DNA from: a virus
Taxonomy: Duplodnaviria; Caudoviricetes
Virus record (IMG/VR): IMGVR_UViG_3300044695_005052
Coordinates: 1 to 59,602 of that record
DNA length: 59,602 nucleotides
Strand: one strand, 5' to 3'
How positions within the stretch are numbered: position 1 is the stretch's first letter; every line of letters starts with the position of its first letter. Both the position numbers and the translations under genes were made by a program. Below the pieces are notes generated by a model. It had not been told where the DNA came from. It did no database searches and saw nothing but the letters and a program-made list of their open reading frames with translations. Of this stretch, positions 6,375 through 15,674 are shown one piece after another.

Positions 6375-7391
6375 TCATACAATCTCTATGTGCCCATTAG
6401 GTCTTGGGCCACCGTAAGTTCCACCCAAACGATAACTCATTGGGCCTCCATATAGATAGCAGTTCTTAACCAACCCATATCTTATTCCTGAAAGGGATAC
6501 CATGGGTCTGGTTGCTGTACTAGATTCTGCACGGAACCTTTCGATAAGAACCTCATTAAAGCTATAGTTCCTACCTACCACATAAGTTCCATTTGTGACA
6601 TCTGTCCACAATACCATTGCTCCGTTCTTTGTGTTAAAAGAACTGCAATCCTTGACTTCTAGCTTACCCGTGCATCCCACAAAGGTATAGTCAGAACCTC
6701 CGCCGCCATAATCCGACATTTCATTTGCAACACAGTTCTTTACACTAATGTTACCAAACTGTGATGGGCCTGAAGTTGGGCGATTTGTGATTTGCATGAA
6801 AGTTCTACCATTGCGAATCCCAGAACATTTATCAATTAAAAGATCCCCTTGTGGGTTGTCAATGTAAATGCTATGTTCCTGACACGGGTCAAAGTTGCAA
6901 TCAGTAATTGTCCACTTCGCAGGGCCATGACCCCTTACACCCCATTTCATACCTTTGCCCAGCCAGTTAGTTCCTGTTCCGACAAAGTTACATTTATTGA
7001 TTGTGATATGTCCATGCACCTCGTTCATTGCTGTGCGAATAGGTGCAAACTCGTTTTGATCGTTCACCAAAGTAAGATTTTGAATGGTAATTGAGTCTAC
7101 CCCATTCAAAGTATCCCAAAAACGCAAGTTACCTATCTTGGAGTTACTATCCACTCCAGATAAAGTCAAACTTGTTATTGGACGATCCCAAAACACACAA
7201 TTAGATTTATTTTGATATCCTGCGGGGCCACCAATATCCAAGCCAGTTAAATGACTTCCATGGATTGCAATTACAGTAGGATCTGCGAAATCCCCTGCCT
7301 TTCGCATTGCTGTGGCTAGTGGTGTACTAGTGGCTACTTCTGGTTGATTGTTTATACTATACCCTGTGGGTGTTACTTTGATATGTGTCAT
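6375..7391 (-). CDS. Right-handed beta-helix (pectin-lyase-like) protein
   Basis: Repeated ITIxNCxF / LLIDKCS / ISVKNC strands; EHSIYIDN. Confidence 0.7.
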   Translation of the reverse strand: MTHIKVTPTGYSINNQPEVATSTPLATAMRKAGDFADPTVIAIHGSHLTGLDIGGPAGYQNKSNCVFWDRPITSLTLSGVDSNSKIGNLRFWDTLNGVDSITIQNLTLVNDQNEFAPIRTAMNEVHGHITINKCNFVGTGTNWLGKGMKWGVRGHGPAKWTITDCNFDPCQEHSIYIDNPQGDLLIDKCSGIRNGRTFMQITNRPTSGPSQFGNISVKNCVANEMSDYGGGGSDYTFVGCTGKLEVKDCSSFNTKNGAMVLWTDVTNGTYVVGRNYSFNEVLIERFRAESSTATRPMVSLSGIRYGLVKNCYLYGGPMSYRLGGTYGGPRPNGHIEIV

Positions 7392-7400
7392 AAATTACCT

Positions 7401-7616
7401 TTACTTGTACTGATCTCGCCAATCTTTGCCAAATAGTGTAGGAACCTGCTTGGCTACAGTTTCCATCACAACTTCGTCAGGATAGTGTTTCAAAAGTCTC
7501 CTAGCCTCTTCCCTGATTTTAGTTGGAACTTTAGGCGTGACTTTCGGATTCAACAAATGGATTAAGAACATCCGAGTTGCATTGACCGATGCATATCTTT
7601 CATTACAAAGAGTCAT
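7401..7616 (-). CDS. BPSL0761-family-like small protein
   Basis: MTLxxER...PKVP..IREEARRLLKHYP signature. Confidence 0.6.
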   Translation of the reverse strand: MTLCNERYASVNATRMFLIHLLNPKVTPKVPTKIREEARRLLKHYPDEVVMETVAKQVPTLFGKDWRDQYK

Positions 7617-7617
7617 G

Positions 7618-7851
7618 TCAGTCGTTTTGATCTTCGCCATACTTGGATCCCCAATCATTGTATCTATCAATGCTATCCTGCATACGCTCGATCATTTCCA
7701 AACTTTCCATTACTACTTGATGATAGTAGTTGATGGTCGTTTCGTAGTTAGGCTTGACTTTCTCATTCTCCAAGATGTGCCTGCATACAGATTTAAGATT
7801 AGTAGCAGCCACAGCGAGAGCTTGCATCGGATCGCGGTTGGATAGATCCAT
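7618..7851 (-). CDS. Hypothetical protein
   Basis: 77-aa ORF tightly packed in the operon. Confidence 0.55.
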   Translation of the reverse strand: MDLSNRDPMQALAVAATNLKSVCRHILENEKVKPNYETTINYYHQVVMESLEMIERMQDSIDRYNDWGSKYGEDQND

Positions 7852-7856
7852 GACTT

Positions 7857-8276
7857 TCAGTTGGGCCAGCGAAGGGCGTTGGAGGTGTTGAAGGTGTATC
7901 CACTAGGTTGGATATCCCTATACAACCATTGGAAGTACAGCGTGGAGTTGGTGTTCAAGGTTTGCCAAGGAATAAAAGTACTAGCAGTACCATCAGGGCT
8001 AACCTGAACAGGCGTTCCCACACGGAAATAGTTATTGAATGGATTGATGCACATAGTACCGTTTGCAAACGGCACATTCATGGGCGTAGTTCCACACATA
8101 AGTTGTGCATAACCATTAGGAGTAGCATTCGTCAAACACATAGAATCCTGCGTAGGTTGGCAGAATCCCATATGTGCAACTTGCCCCGTGACATTGGGGT
8201 TAGATGTACAATAAATAGTTCCGTTTTGGGCTTGAGTCGTGAGGGTAAGAACAGCGATTGCGATCATGGTCTTCAT
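7857..8276 (-). CDS. Secreted protein: signal peptide plus a Planctomycetota-type YCTSNPN...FQWLYRD...FNTS domain
   Basis: MKTMIAIAVLTLTTQA signal; motif series YCTSNPNxTG, PFxNGxxC, YFQWLYRD, FNTSNAL. Confidence 0.65.
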   Translation of the reverse strand: MKTMIAIAVLTLTTQAQNGTIYCTSNPNVTGQVAHMGFCQPTQDSMCLTNATPNGYAQLMCGTTPMNVPFANGTMCINPFNNYFRVGTPVQVSPDGTASTFIPWQTLNTNSTLYFQWLYRDIQPSGYTFNTSNALRWPN

Positions 8277-8278
8277 AG

Positions 8279-8536
8279 TCAGTCTCCTTCTACTGGTTGA
8301 ACCGTCAGGTTATTGAGATATTCCGTCAAATCCAAGGAATTTACAGGATTTAGTTTATACTGCACAACCTTGGCAGTAGCTATTGTTTCAGGCTTAAACC
8401 AACGCACTTGACGCTTAAGTTGTTCAACAGCATTGGTTTCTGTGTTTGTGAAATTAGTCATCATATACATATGAGGAGGTTTGGTGTCGTTAAATGTGAT
8501 CTCGACTTGCCAAATCTTTCGTTCATTGTTGTTCAT
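8279..8536 (-). CDS. Hypothetical protein
   Basis: 85-aa ORF in operon. Confidence 0.55.
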   Translation of the reverse strand: MNNNERKIWQVEITFNDTKPPHMYMMTNFTNTETNAVEQLKRQVRWFKPETIATAKVVQYKLNPVNSLDLTEYLNNLTVQPVEGD

Positions 8537-8801
8537 TTTTTGATACCTTTTCTGGGAAAAACTTAACTGCGATATAGGTTCCTAGGAAAGATCCTAATGC
8601 GATACTTACGATGTACCATGGGTTCTTCGTATATGCTATCACACCATATGAGAGTAGCACATACATAAAAGCTGCAACAATTCCTGCTTTTATTGCTGCT
8701 CTTTTACCGACATAGATATAATATACTGCGTACAAATAGTCTATGACGATGTAGGTTAGAAATAGGATTATTGCTATCCACCAGTTAAAAGGTTCAATCA
8801 T
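8523..8801 (-). CDS. Small three-TM membrane protein
   Basis: Three hydrophobic segments; GSFLGTYIAV. Confidence 0.65.
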   Translation of the reverse strand: MIEPFNWWIAIILFLTYIVIDYLYAVYYIYVGKRAAIKAGIVAAFMYVLLSYGVIAYTKNPWYIVSIALGSFLGTYIAVKFFPEKVSKNEQQ

Positions 8802-9030
8802 CTAACTTCTCCGCGAAAATTATTGATACTATGTTGTGCATAGGAATTATCATTGTTTCATATGTTTTTGGTGCATTACCTTGTGAATCATCTCTTGGGA
8901 TAACTGTTATCCAATGATTGTTCATGTGCAGTAACCAAAAGTAATTCCATGAATCTTCTACCCAAATAAGAGTTATCTTACTTGGGAAAGATACTGTGGG
9001 ATCCGAGGTCATTCTGCTTTTAAAATCCAT
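8794..9030 (-). CDS. Hypothetical protein
   Basis: 78-aa ORF in operon. Confidence 0.5.
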   Translation of the reverse strand: MDFKSRMTSDPTVSFPSKITLIWVEDSWNYFWLLHMNNHWITVIPRDDSQGNAPKTYETMIIPMHNIVSIIFAEKLDD

Positions 9031-9212
9031 GCTGGCCTAGAGATTTGGTTTAGATGATAGAATGCGTCGATCCCATCAAAAGTAATTCTGTTTTTAATCT
9101 CATCTCTGGTTTCTGACCATGATTTAAGTTCACACCATTGTTTATGGTCGAACTCCCATTCAAAGGTAATGCTCACCTTGACTTTTTGGTTATTGGATTG
9201 CTTTGAGTTCAT
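9009..9212 (-). CDS. Hypothetical protein
   Basis: 67-aa ORF overlapping its neighbours. Confidence 0.5.
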   Translation of the reverse strand: MNSKQSNNQKVKVSITFEWEFDHKQWCELKSWSETRDEIKNRITFDGIDAFYHLNQISRPAWILKAE

Positions 9213-9519
9213 GGATAATTACCATACCTAACTTTTCTGCCAACTCTTTTTCAATAGTAGCTCCCTTGCTATCTTGCCAATCGCTTAAAAGATAGATGGC
9301 AGTACATTCCATCATCAGTTTTACGCTTTCATGCATATAATACTTCCATAAACCATCTACTCCAAACCATTCATCTTGATCTAGTTTTGGGTATGGAATA
9401 TTGATAGGATTATAGATGATCGCATGGGGGTATACGGTTTGTAGATGCTTTTCAGCCTTACTGAATTTAACATCTGCATTCTTATCATTCGTGATTGATC
9501 CGCTAATATAAATCTTCAT
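9190..9519 (-). CDS. DUF4406 / nucleoside 2-deoxyribosyltransferase-like protein
   Basis: MKIYISGSIT...NP...IYLLSDWQDSKGATIE. Confidence 0.85.
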   Translation of the reverse strand: MKIYISGSITNDKNADVKFSKAEKHLQTVYPHAIIYNPINIPYPKLDQDEWFGVDGLWKYYMHESVKLMMECTAIYLLSDWQDSKGATIEKELAEKLGMVIIHELKAIQ

Positions 9520-10115
9520 AGTGTAGTGTTTAGGATCTTACTAATAGCGTTGATTTCTTTGTCAATATTTCTCCAAGGAATATTTTCAATTGAAGCTAGA
9601 GCAAGACGATTAACTGTTCCATTGGGTTTAATAATTTCTGGATTGTTTACTACGATACTTACCAAATGCTTTTGGTAGTCGGTCATTTGGGTAAAGTAAT
9701 CTTCAACAAGAACTACTGTGTCAACGGCAAAGCTAGTCTTACCATCAATAAAAGTGTCCGAGTTACTTACAGAATTAAAATCATCATTGTTAGACAATTC
9801 CTCAATACTTAGCATATTCTTTACCTCTTTTTTCTTAGTAATCTTAGCACCGCGATTAGCTTTATAGTTCCAAAGACAACTCTTCAGATACTTATCAAAA
9901 GATTGTGATTCAAAAAATTCATCGAAGGTTTGATTTGTTTTTTCAGCAAAGGTTGCTACAGCTTCGACTGCAATGATATCCAAATCTGCTTTCAAATCTT
10001 CGCTAGTACAAAGGATATCATCCCCTGAAATATGATAACCCACCTTATGTGCTAGACCTTTGTACTTGTCGTCCAACTTTTGCCATTGTTGCTCAGTCAT
10101 TAGATTAGTTTTCAT
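9516..10115 (-). CDS. Phage RNA polymerase sigma-70-like factor
   Basis: Region 2-like KYKGLAHKV...EDL...FDKYLKSCLWN; LSIEEL linker; HTH-like C-terminus. Confidence 0.6.
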   Translation of the reverse strand: MKTNLMTEQQWQKLDDKYKGLAHKVGYHISGDDILCTSEDLKADLDIIAVEAVATFAEKTNQTFDEFFESQSFDKYLKSCLWNYKANRGAKITKKKEVKNMLSIEELSNNDDFNSVSNSDTFIDGKTSFAVDTVVLVEDYFTQMTDYQKHLVSIVVNNPEIIKPNGTVNRLALASIENIPWRNIDKEINAISKILNTTL

Positions 10116-10327
10116 TGAATTTCTTTCTCCAAGAGGTTGATTTTGCGTTCCAGATACCAGTTAGCTTTTTTTAGATCTTGTAGTTGATTACCCTTATGTG
10201 CTGATCGTAGTACATATTTAACCACATTACCTAGGTGATAGTCAAGATTCTGGTCTTCTATAATGTTAATTACCTCGATCTTACCTACGGTGTAGTGTTT
10301 AGGATGGTTTACTTGATCATCTTTCAT
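10112..10327 (-). CDS. DUF3310 (T7 gp1.7-like nucleotide kinase family) protein
   Basis: VNHPKHY...IEVI...GNVVKYVLR...QDLKKANWYL. Confidence 0.9.
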   Translation of the reverse strand: MKDDQVNHPKHYTVGKIEVINIIEDQNLDYHLGNVVKYVLRSAHKGNQLQDLKKANWYLERKINLLEKEIQ

Positions 10328-10331
10328 ATTA

Positions 10332-11336
10332 TTATCCTTGGATGTGTGCATAGTTCTCTTGTTGTGATGAGGTTGAAATATGGATGAAGTCTGCTTCATC
10401 TCTAAATTGTTTCAAATTTCTTACTCCGCAATAACTCATTGCAGATCTAATACCGTCACACATACTACTGATAACTTTATTAGTGCTTCCCTCTGGTTTT
10501 GTTTTAATCATTACCGAAACACCTTCTTCGTATGCTAGTTGTAGACCAGTAGCCTTCTTTGCATCCATAGAGGCCATTCCCCTAAAATTGGTGAAACTGG
10601 AATTAGGATCCCAGTTAGGGGTTTTGTCAGTTCCTGCAAGCATACCCCCAATCATAACGAAGTTGGCACCGATTGCAAGAGCTTTTGCTGCATCCCCAAA
10701 ATTTTTAATACCTCCATCCGCGATGATAGGGATTTCAGTATCCATTAAACGAATCTCGGCCAAAGCACCGAATTGAGGATACCCACATCCAGTCTTGATA
10801 CGGGTTGTACAAGCAGAACCTCCACCAACCCCAACCTTAACGATGTCTGCCCCCCAATTAAATACATCTTCAACCCCAGTTGGAGTACAGACATTACCTG
10901 CGATTACGATATTTCCTGTATCATAATCACTAATGAACTTTAAAGTTCGTTCCATGTTTAGGGAATGCCCATGTGCAATATCAACGCACAATGAGATATT
11001 GTGTTTGATAAAAGTTAAGATTCTATCTTTATCTGTATCAATAGAACCAACTGCTGCAAAGACAGGCATTACTTCTTGTAGTTTAAGTACTTCTGCAACT
11101 GGAAGATTGCGATGCAAAATACCAATACCCCCTACAGAATGCATATACTTAGCCATTTCAATACCAGTAATGGTATCCATGTTAGCTGCAATGATAGGGA
11201 TTTGCAGTTTAGGTTTATTTTTTACATGATCACCTAAACCATAGTACGGAACTAAACTACATTCATTTCTACTTTTAATAGTAGAATACTTTGGGACGAT
11301 GAGAACATCGTCATATGATACTTGTGTTTTATTCAT
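10332..11336 (-). CDS. GMP reductase / IMP dehydrogenase family protein (no CBS domains)
   Basis: [55 protein letters not shown]. Confidence 0.9.
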   Translation of the reverse strand: MNKTQVSYDDVLIVPKYSTIKSRNECSLVPYYGLGDHVKNKPKLQIPIIAANMDTITGIEMAKYMHSVGGIGILHRNLPVAEVLKLQEVMPVFAAVGSIDTDKDRILTFIKHNISLCVDIAHGHSLNMERTLKFISDYDTGNIVIAGNVCTPTGVEDVFNWGADIVKVGVGGGSACTTRIKTGCGYPQFGALAEIRLMDTEIPIIADGGIKNFGDAAKALAIGANFVMIGGMLAGTDKTPNWDPNSSFTNFRGMASMDAKKATGLQLAYEEGVSVMIKTKPEGSTNKVISSMCDGIRSAMSYCGVRNLKQFRDEADFIHISTSSQQENYAHIQG

Positions 11337-11749
11337 TGGACGGGCCAGAAGTATTCGATGGTTACAGCGGTCTCTGATTCAATGCCCCAGTTGAACTGGG
11401 AGTAGAAGTGGGGGTCTTTGCGAATCAGGTTAGCACGATGGCTGTACCAGATCCTGTAGTCATTCAACCAAGGAGGCATGATGAGGTTGCTATCATCACG
11501 CTTTTCCATGGTGTTCTTGTAACCCCTACGAACCCACTCGTCAATACACACATTCATATACTGTGCAAGGGCTGGAGCATACCCTTCCCACATCTTAAGT
11601 GCGGGATGGCTACGCCAACCTTTAGTGGTCGTGCGATTAGTAAGAATATTGTGAAGTTGCATCGCCTCAACACGCTGCTTGCCGAGACGGCGATAGTCCA
11701 AGCAGCGTGCAGACTCTACAAAGTCAGCGTAGGGTAGGAAGGTTTGCAT
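11333..11749 (-). CDS. Pyrimidine-dimer DNA glycosylase (DenV-like, MSMEG_6728 type)
   Basis: MQTFLPY...LDYRRLGKQRVE...HPALKMW...SHRANLIRKDP. Confidence 0.9.
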   Translation of the reverse strand: MQTFLPYADFVESARCLDYRRLGKQRVEAMQLHNILTNRTTTKGWRSHPALKMWEGYAPALAQYMNVCIDEWVRRGYKNTMEKRDDSNLIMPPWLNDYRIWYSHRANLIRKDPHFYSQFNWGIESETAVTIEYFWPVQ

Positions 11750-11759
11750 GGTCGTACCC

Positions 11760-11789
11760 ATTATAACAATACAGTCGTAGTTCAGTCAC
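11760..11789 (-). promoter_or_regulatory. Divergent early promoter (GTGACT-N18-TATAAT)
   Basis: Same hexamers as the cassette family but a different spacer. Confidence 0.7.
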
Positions 11790-11808
11790 GCAGATTCCCA
11801 AAAAATTA

Positions 11809-11964
11809 TTAAATTTTAAGATCAATAGTTCTACACCCGCCACATCCACAATCAGGCCATCTTTTTTTCGCAATATCTATAGCTTCTGATTGTGTAAATG
11901 CTTTAATAAGTTCCACACGCTTACCCCAACCAGAAGTTATCATTGTTACTTCATACCATTGCAT
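11809..11964 (-). CDS. 51-aa hypothetical protein
   Basis: Hand translation MQWYEVTMITSGWGKRVELIKAFTQSEAIDIAKKRWPDCGCGGCRTIDLKI; AAGGA upstream. Confidence 0.55.
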   Translation of the reverse strand: MQWYEVTMITSGWGKRVELIKAFTQSEAIDIAKKRWPDCGCGGCRTIDLKI

Positions 11965-11999
11965 AAAAGTTAGTCCTTAGTTTAATATGATTTTTATTA

Positions 12000-12323
12000 T
12001 CAATACTTGCATTCGTCAGATGAAACATACACAACATATGTTCCAATCATATCTTTATCAATATTTGTTATTTTTTTATTCAAGAATTTAGAAACATATT
12101 TTTCAAAGCATAGATAAATGCCCTTCTTTTTATCATATGTTTCTGATGCCGAACATCTAGAAGTTACAGAAAAAGGTAATCCATTCTTAACAAAAGTAAG
12201 AACTGTATACCCTCCATTCTTCAAAATCCTCTTTTTATCGTAGTTACGATAATGATTGATCTTGAATTGGAATTCTTCTAGATTTGTAAATCCTTGTGTT
12301 TCTACTATTTCAACTGTTTCCAT
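12000..12323 (-). CDS. Hypothetical phage protein
   Basis: GGYTV...SRCSxxETYDKKKG pattern seen in phage proteins. Confidence 0.6.
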   Translation of the reverse strand: METVEIVETQGFTNLEEFQFKINHYRNYDKKRILKNGGYTVLTFVKNGLPFSVTSRCSASETYDKKKGIYLCFEKYVSKFLNKKITNIDKDMIGTYVVYVSSDECKY

Positions 12324-12351
12324 ATTAATTTGACTTTTTGGTAAATAGAGT

Positions 12352-12427
<76 letters not shown>

Positions 12428-12432
12428 GTGTA

Positions 12433-12506
12433 TGGAGCAAGTAAAGGGACTCGAACCCTTGTCTTCAGCTTGGAAGGCTGAGGTAATACCCTTATACGAT
12501 ACTTGC
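12433..12506 (-). tRNA. tRNA-Gly(UCC)
   Basis: Cloverleaf; loop CTTCCAA; encoded CCA. Confidence 0.95.
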
Positions 12507-12507
12507 A

Positions 12508-12584
12508 TGGTACGCTCGACAGGATTTGAACCTGTGGCCGTTTGATTAGAAATCAAATGCTCTATCCAACTGAGCTACGAGCGC
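12508..12584 (-). tRNA. tRNA-Arg(UCU)
   Basis: Cloverleaf; loop TTTCTAA; encoded CCA. Confidence 0.95.
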
Positions 12585-12590
12585 GTGTAT

Positions 12591-12666
12591 TGGTAGCCTA
12601 GGTGAGACTCGAACTCACACTTGACAGATTTTAAGTCTGTTGACTCTGCCATTGGTCTACTAGGCC
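12591..12666 (-). tRNA. tRNA-Leu(UAA) with short variable loop
   Basis: ACAGA-CTTAAAA-TCTGT anticodon arm; 5-nt variable loop; CCA. Confidence 0.9.
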
Positions 12667-12682
12667 ATGATTGTGAAAGAGG

Positions 12683-12733
12683 TGGTAGGAAGGTTGTTCT
12701 GCCAGTCAACCTTACGGTTTGACTCTTCCTACC
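12683..12733 (-). ncRNA. Putative structured small RNA inside the tRNA array
   Basis: 9-bp outer stem GGTAGGAAG/CTTCCTACC, inner stem closed by a GTAA tetraloop, 3' end reads CCA. Confidence 0.4.
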
Positions 12734-12737
12734 TGAT

Positions 12738-12814
12738 TGGTGCGACTGGGTGGGTTCGAACCACCGACATTTGCTTTATAAGAACAACGCTCTAACCGAC
12801 TGAGCTACAGTCGC
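12738..12814 (-). tRNA. tRNA-Ile(UAU)
   Basis: Cloverleaf; loop CTTATAA; A73; encoded CCA. Confidence 0.92.
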
Positions 12815-12867
12815 GTGTGCTACTCTTTTATAATAGCCTAGATCTAGCCTTTTTAAAAACATATAGT

Positions 12868-12914
12868 AAAAAAAAGATACCATTTTGTTGCTGTTAACAA
12901 AATGGTATCTTTTA
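12868..12914 (-). terminator. Intrinsic terminator
   Basis: AGATACCATTTTGTT/AACAAAATGGTATCT stem flanked by A/T tracts. Confidence 0.8.
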
Positions 12915-12937
12915 TCTTCTAAATTAGAATTTTGAGA

Positions 12938-13813
12938 TTACCTATTTCTTAGTGCTCTTCTTCCTAGATTTCTTTGAATCGCTTCTACTCCTCTTTTTGT
13001 ACCTGCTTGAACACCAACCTCAGGACGCTGACCTTTTACTTCAGTTCCAAACATAGCTGCTTTCTTAGCTTTAACCTTTAGATTTTCTTCTTCTTCTGGG
13101 GTTTTAGGTTTCGTAGCGTCCTCTGTTCTACCTATCTTTGCTATGACTGCATCTTTTTCGGCTTTATTTTTTTTATTTCTTTCAAGCAATATTGATAATA
13201 CATCATTATATGTTAAATTAGAGGAATCTTCTCGTGCTGCGGCTGCTTTGCGTGCTGCGGCTGCTCTGCGTCCTTCATTTCCTCTTATAAATCCCTGCTG
13301 CATAACTTGGGGATTAACTTCTTCTCTTCTTTCCCTACTCGCGCTAACTTTATCTGATTCTTTTTTGGAGGCGGCGAGGAGTTTGGCTTTTTTTTCTGGT
13401 GATATTCCTTTTTTTTCAGCTTCGTGGCGTAATCTTACAGCTTTCTCTACACCTTCATCTTGTCTGTCTTGACTTTTTGGTTCTGGGATTGGAGATACTT
13501 TACTACCTCCAGAACCTCTATCAGCTTGCTTCTTTTTAAGGCTACGCTTCATACCACCTTTCTCTCTTCCAGTTAGAGGTTCCTTAGCTGTTTCAGGAGA
13601 AGGTGATTTACTACGGAAAGGATATTTTCTTCTTTGTTCTGTAGCCCCTTCATAATCCTTTCCAAAGCGTCTTTTATTTCTTTCTGATTCTACTGCTTTT
13701 CTAACTTCTTCTTCAGATTTACCTTGGCCTCTTAATTTATCAGCCATGATTTTATCAGCTTTGGCTTCTAAAATACTTGATATCAATTCATTATTGTAAT
13801 AATTTTCGCTCAT
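12938..13813 (-). CDS. Lys/Arg/Glu-rich putative internal head protein
   Basis: Highly charged; SILE and ILLE gp21-type cleavage motifs; operon has a late-type promoter. Confidence 0.6.
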   Translation of the reverse strand: MSENYYNNELISSILEAKADKIMADKLRGQGKSEEEVRKAVESERNKRRFGKDYEGATEQRRKYPFRSKSPSPETAKEPLTGREKGGMKRSLKKKQADRGSGGSKVSPIPEPKSQDRQDEGVEKAVRLRHEAEKKGISPEKKAKLLAASKKESDKVSASRERREEVNPQVMQQGFIRGNEGRRAAAARKAAAAREDSSNLTYNDVLSILLERNKKNKAEKDAVIAKIGRTEDATKPKTPEEEENLKVKAKKAAMFGTEVKGQRPEVGVQAGTKRGVEAIQRNLGRRALRNR

Positions 13814-13818
13814 TTTAA

Positions 13819-13977
13819 TCACTCTTCTTCCTTTTTAACTTTTTTCTTAGTTATTTTTATTTCTTCCTTAACCTGTACTACTTCCTCTACTTTGGCTGGT
13901 TCTATAATTTTAATAGGCTCTACAGTAACTTTTTTTTCCTGTAAAGCGGCATCTCTAAATTTTTTAAGTGTTCCCAT
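13819..13977 (-). CDS. 52-aa Lys/Glu-rich protein
   Basis: Hand translation MGTLKKFRDAALQEKKV...; GGAGG SD; TAATG coupling. Confidence 0.55.
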   Translation of the reverse strand: MGTLKKFRDAALQEKKVTVEPIKIIEPAKVEEVVQVKEEIKITKKKVKKEEE

Positions 13978-14069
13978 TATCTTCTTCCTCCGCGAGCAGC
14001 TTTTATGGCATTAATTCTTGATCTAAAAGTCTGTATTTTTGTTGGTCTTATAACTTTTAATTTGCCCAT
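13977..14069 (-). CDS. 30-aa basic peptide
   Basis: MGKLKVIRPTKIQTFRSRINAIKAARGGRR; follows a CTATATA motif and AGAGG. Confidence 0.5.
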   Translation of the reverse strand: MGKLKVIRPTKIQTFRSRINAIKAARGGRR

Positions 14070-14093
14070 AAAGCCCTCTTAGTTATATAGACA

Positions 14094-14120
14094 AGAAGCC
14101 CACAAATTTTGTGAGCTTCT
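14094..14120. terminator. Intrinsic terminator-like hairpin after the Clp ATPase gene
   Basis: AGAAGCCCACAAA-T-TTTGTGAGCTTCT. Confidence 0.65.
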
Positions 14121-14171
14121 TATTAAAAAAATTATTTAACATTATCCAAAACCCAATCAACCAAACTTAAT

Positions 14172-15674
14172 TTATTTATTGAAGGGTATCGGCCTTGTAT
14201 TGTTTTTAAGGCACACTGTAGAACTAACAGTTTTTCCTCCAACTTCATTCGTGGGTGTAATCTTATTCTCTCCCCCGACATGAATTTCCAGTACTTTACT
14301 TGCTGTTTCTTTTTGTTGCTTTTCTTCATTTTTGTTAAAAACCACTGGCCTGCCATCTAAAAAGTTTACCTTAAACATTGGCTTCTTTTTGGAAGATGTT
14401 TGAAGCATACTTTCAGCTAATATAGTTGCTATGTTATTTTTTATGTATCTTGCTACATTTCTTGCCCCATACTCATAAGAATACGAGTTATCAATAATAT
14501 AGTCTATAAGTTGATCAGTTATTTCTACTGGGTATTTAGATAGTTTAATAGTTACAATCTTCTTCACATCTTCCTTCGATAAGGTATTGAAAAAGATTAT
14601 ATCATCTATTCTATTTATGAACTCTGGATTAAACTTCTTTTTAATAGATTCAAAAATAGTATTTTCTATGGCCTTTCGGCTAGGCTCGTTTTTTCCAAAT
14701 CCAATACTATTGTATTTGATTTCAGAAACTCCTTGATTTGATGTAAAGATAAATAACGATTTGCTGAAGTCCAATATGTTACCCATATTGTCCGTACAGG
14801 TTCCATCATCCAATAAGGATAGCAGGAAGTCTTGAAACTTACCATCAGCCTTTTCTATTTCATCAAACAGAAATACCCATTTATTAGATATCTCAGCCTT
14901 TTCCTTCAAAAGGCTCTTATCAGTATGCCCAACATATCCCGGAGGTGATCCAATCAGTTTGGCATACTCATGTGCTCCTGCATATTCTGCACAATTGATT
15001 TTGAAGAAATTACCGCTAAACTTTTCTCCTATGATCTTTGAAAGTTCTGTTTTCCCTACTCCAGTTGGACCAACAAAGAAGAATGTGGAGAAGTTAGATA
15101 ACCCTGCGGACATCAACTTTAGATGCTTGATTAAAACCTCTACGGCGTGGTCTTGACCTACAATCTTATCTTTTATATCCTTCTGCAACTTAGTAAACCC
15201 ATCCAAACTTTTAATGTTTGGGGTGTTTGGATTCACTTGTCTGACAATCTTTTTCTTTGTTTCTTTGGCTAACTTTAATTTTAGATTAGCAGCAAGATTC
15301 TTTAAGAATTGATTTGGCTCCTCAAAATTTGTCGTTTGCATAAACTTCTCTGTATTGAGGTCTGTGCAAACAAAGTCTAAGGATAGCGGTGGATATGCTG
15401 ATGTGACAGCCAAATACATATTAGCTATCAACATTTGATAGGATTCGGAATCTTCACCTTCCGAATATTCTTCTATGATCTTGTCATAGTCCACGATTAG
15501 TTTCTTAGATACAAACTCTTTGTATTCGTGATATACAAAAGCAGATTCTATCTTAGATATCTTTTCTCTGATTTGAGTGTAAAGTTCTTGTTCTTCTTGT
15601 AAGGAAAGAACCTTAACCTGAAGAACAAGATCCACTGTTTCACAGACTAACTTGTATGTGTTTGAATCACTCAT
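14172..15674 (-). CDS. ClpA/ClpB D2-type AAA+ ATPase with a novel N-terminal domain
   Basis: IVGQDHAV, GPTGVGKT, LIGSPPGYVG, FDEIEKA, FTSN, PEFINRID, YGARNV. Confidence 0.9.
   Translation of the reverse strand: MSDSNTYKLVCETVDLVLQVKVLSLQEEQELYTQIREKISKIESAFVYHEYKEFVSKKLIVDYDKIIEEYSEGEDSESYQMLIANMYLAVTSAYPPLSLDFVCTDLNTEKFMQTTNFEEPNQFLKNLAANLKLKLAKETKKKIVRQVNPNTPNIKSLDGFTKLQKDIKDKIVGQDHAVEVLIKHLKLMSAGLSNFSTFFFVGPTGVGKTELSKIIGEKFSGNFFKINCAEYAGAHEYAKLIGSPPGYVGHTDKSLLKEKAEISNKWVFLFDEIEKADGKFQDFLLSLLDDGTCTDNMGNILDFSKSLFIFTSNQGVSEIKYNSIGFGKNEPSRKAIENTIFESIKKKFNPEFINRIDDIIFFNTLSKEDVKKIVTIKLSKYPVEITDQLIDYIIDNSYSYEYGARNVARYIKNNIATILAESMLQTSSKKKPMFKVNFLDGRPVVFNKNEEKQQKETASKVLEIHVGGENKITPTNEVGGKTVSSTVCLKNNTRPIPFNK

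Noticed and set aside
14132-14356. 74-aa ORF overlapping the Clp ATPase C-terminus
   Set aside because: Almost entirely nested in another frame; could reflect a separate small gene or frameshift but cannot be supported here
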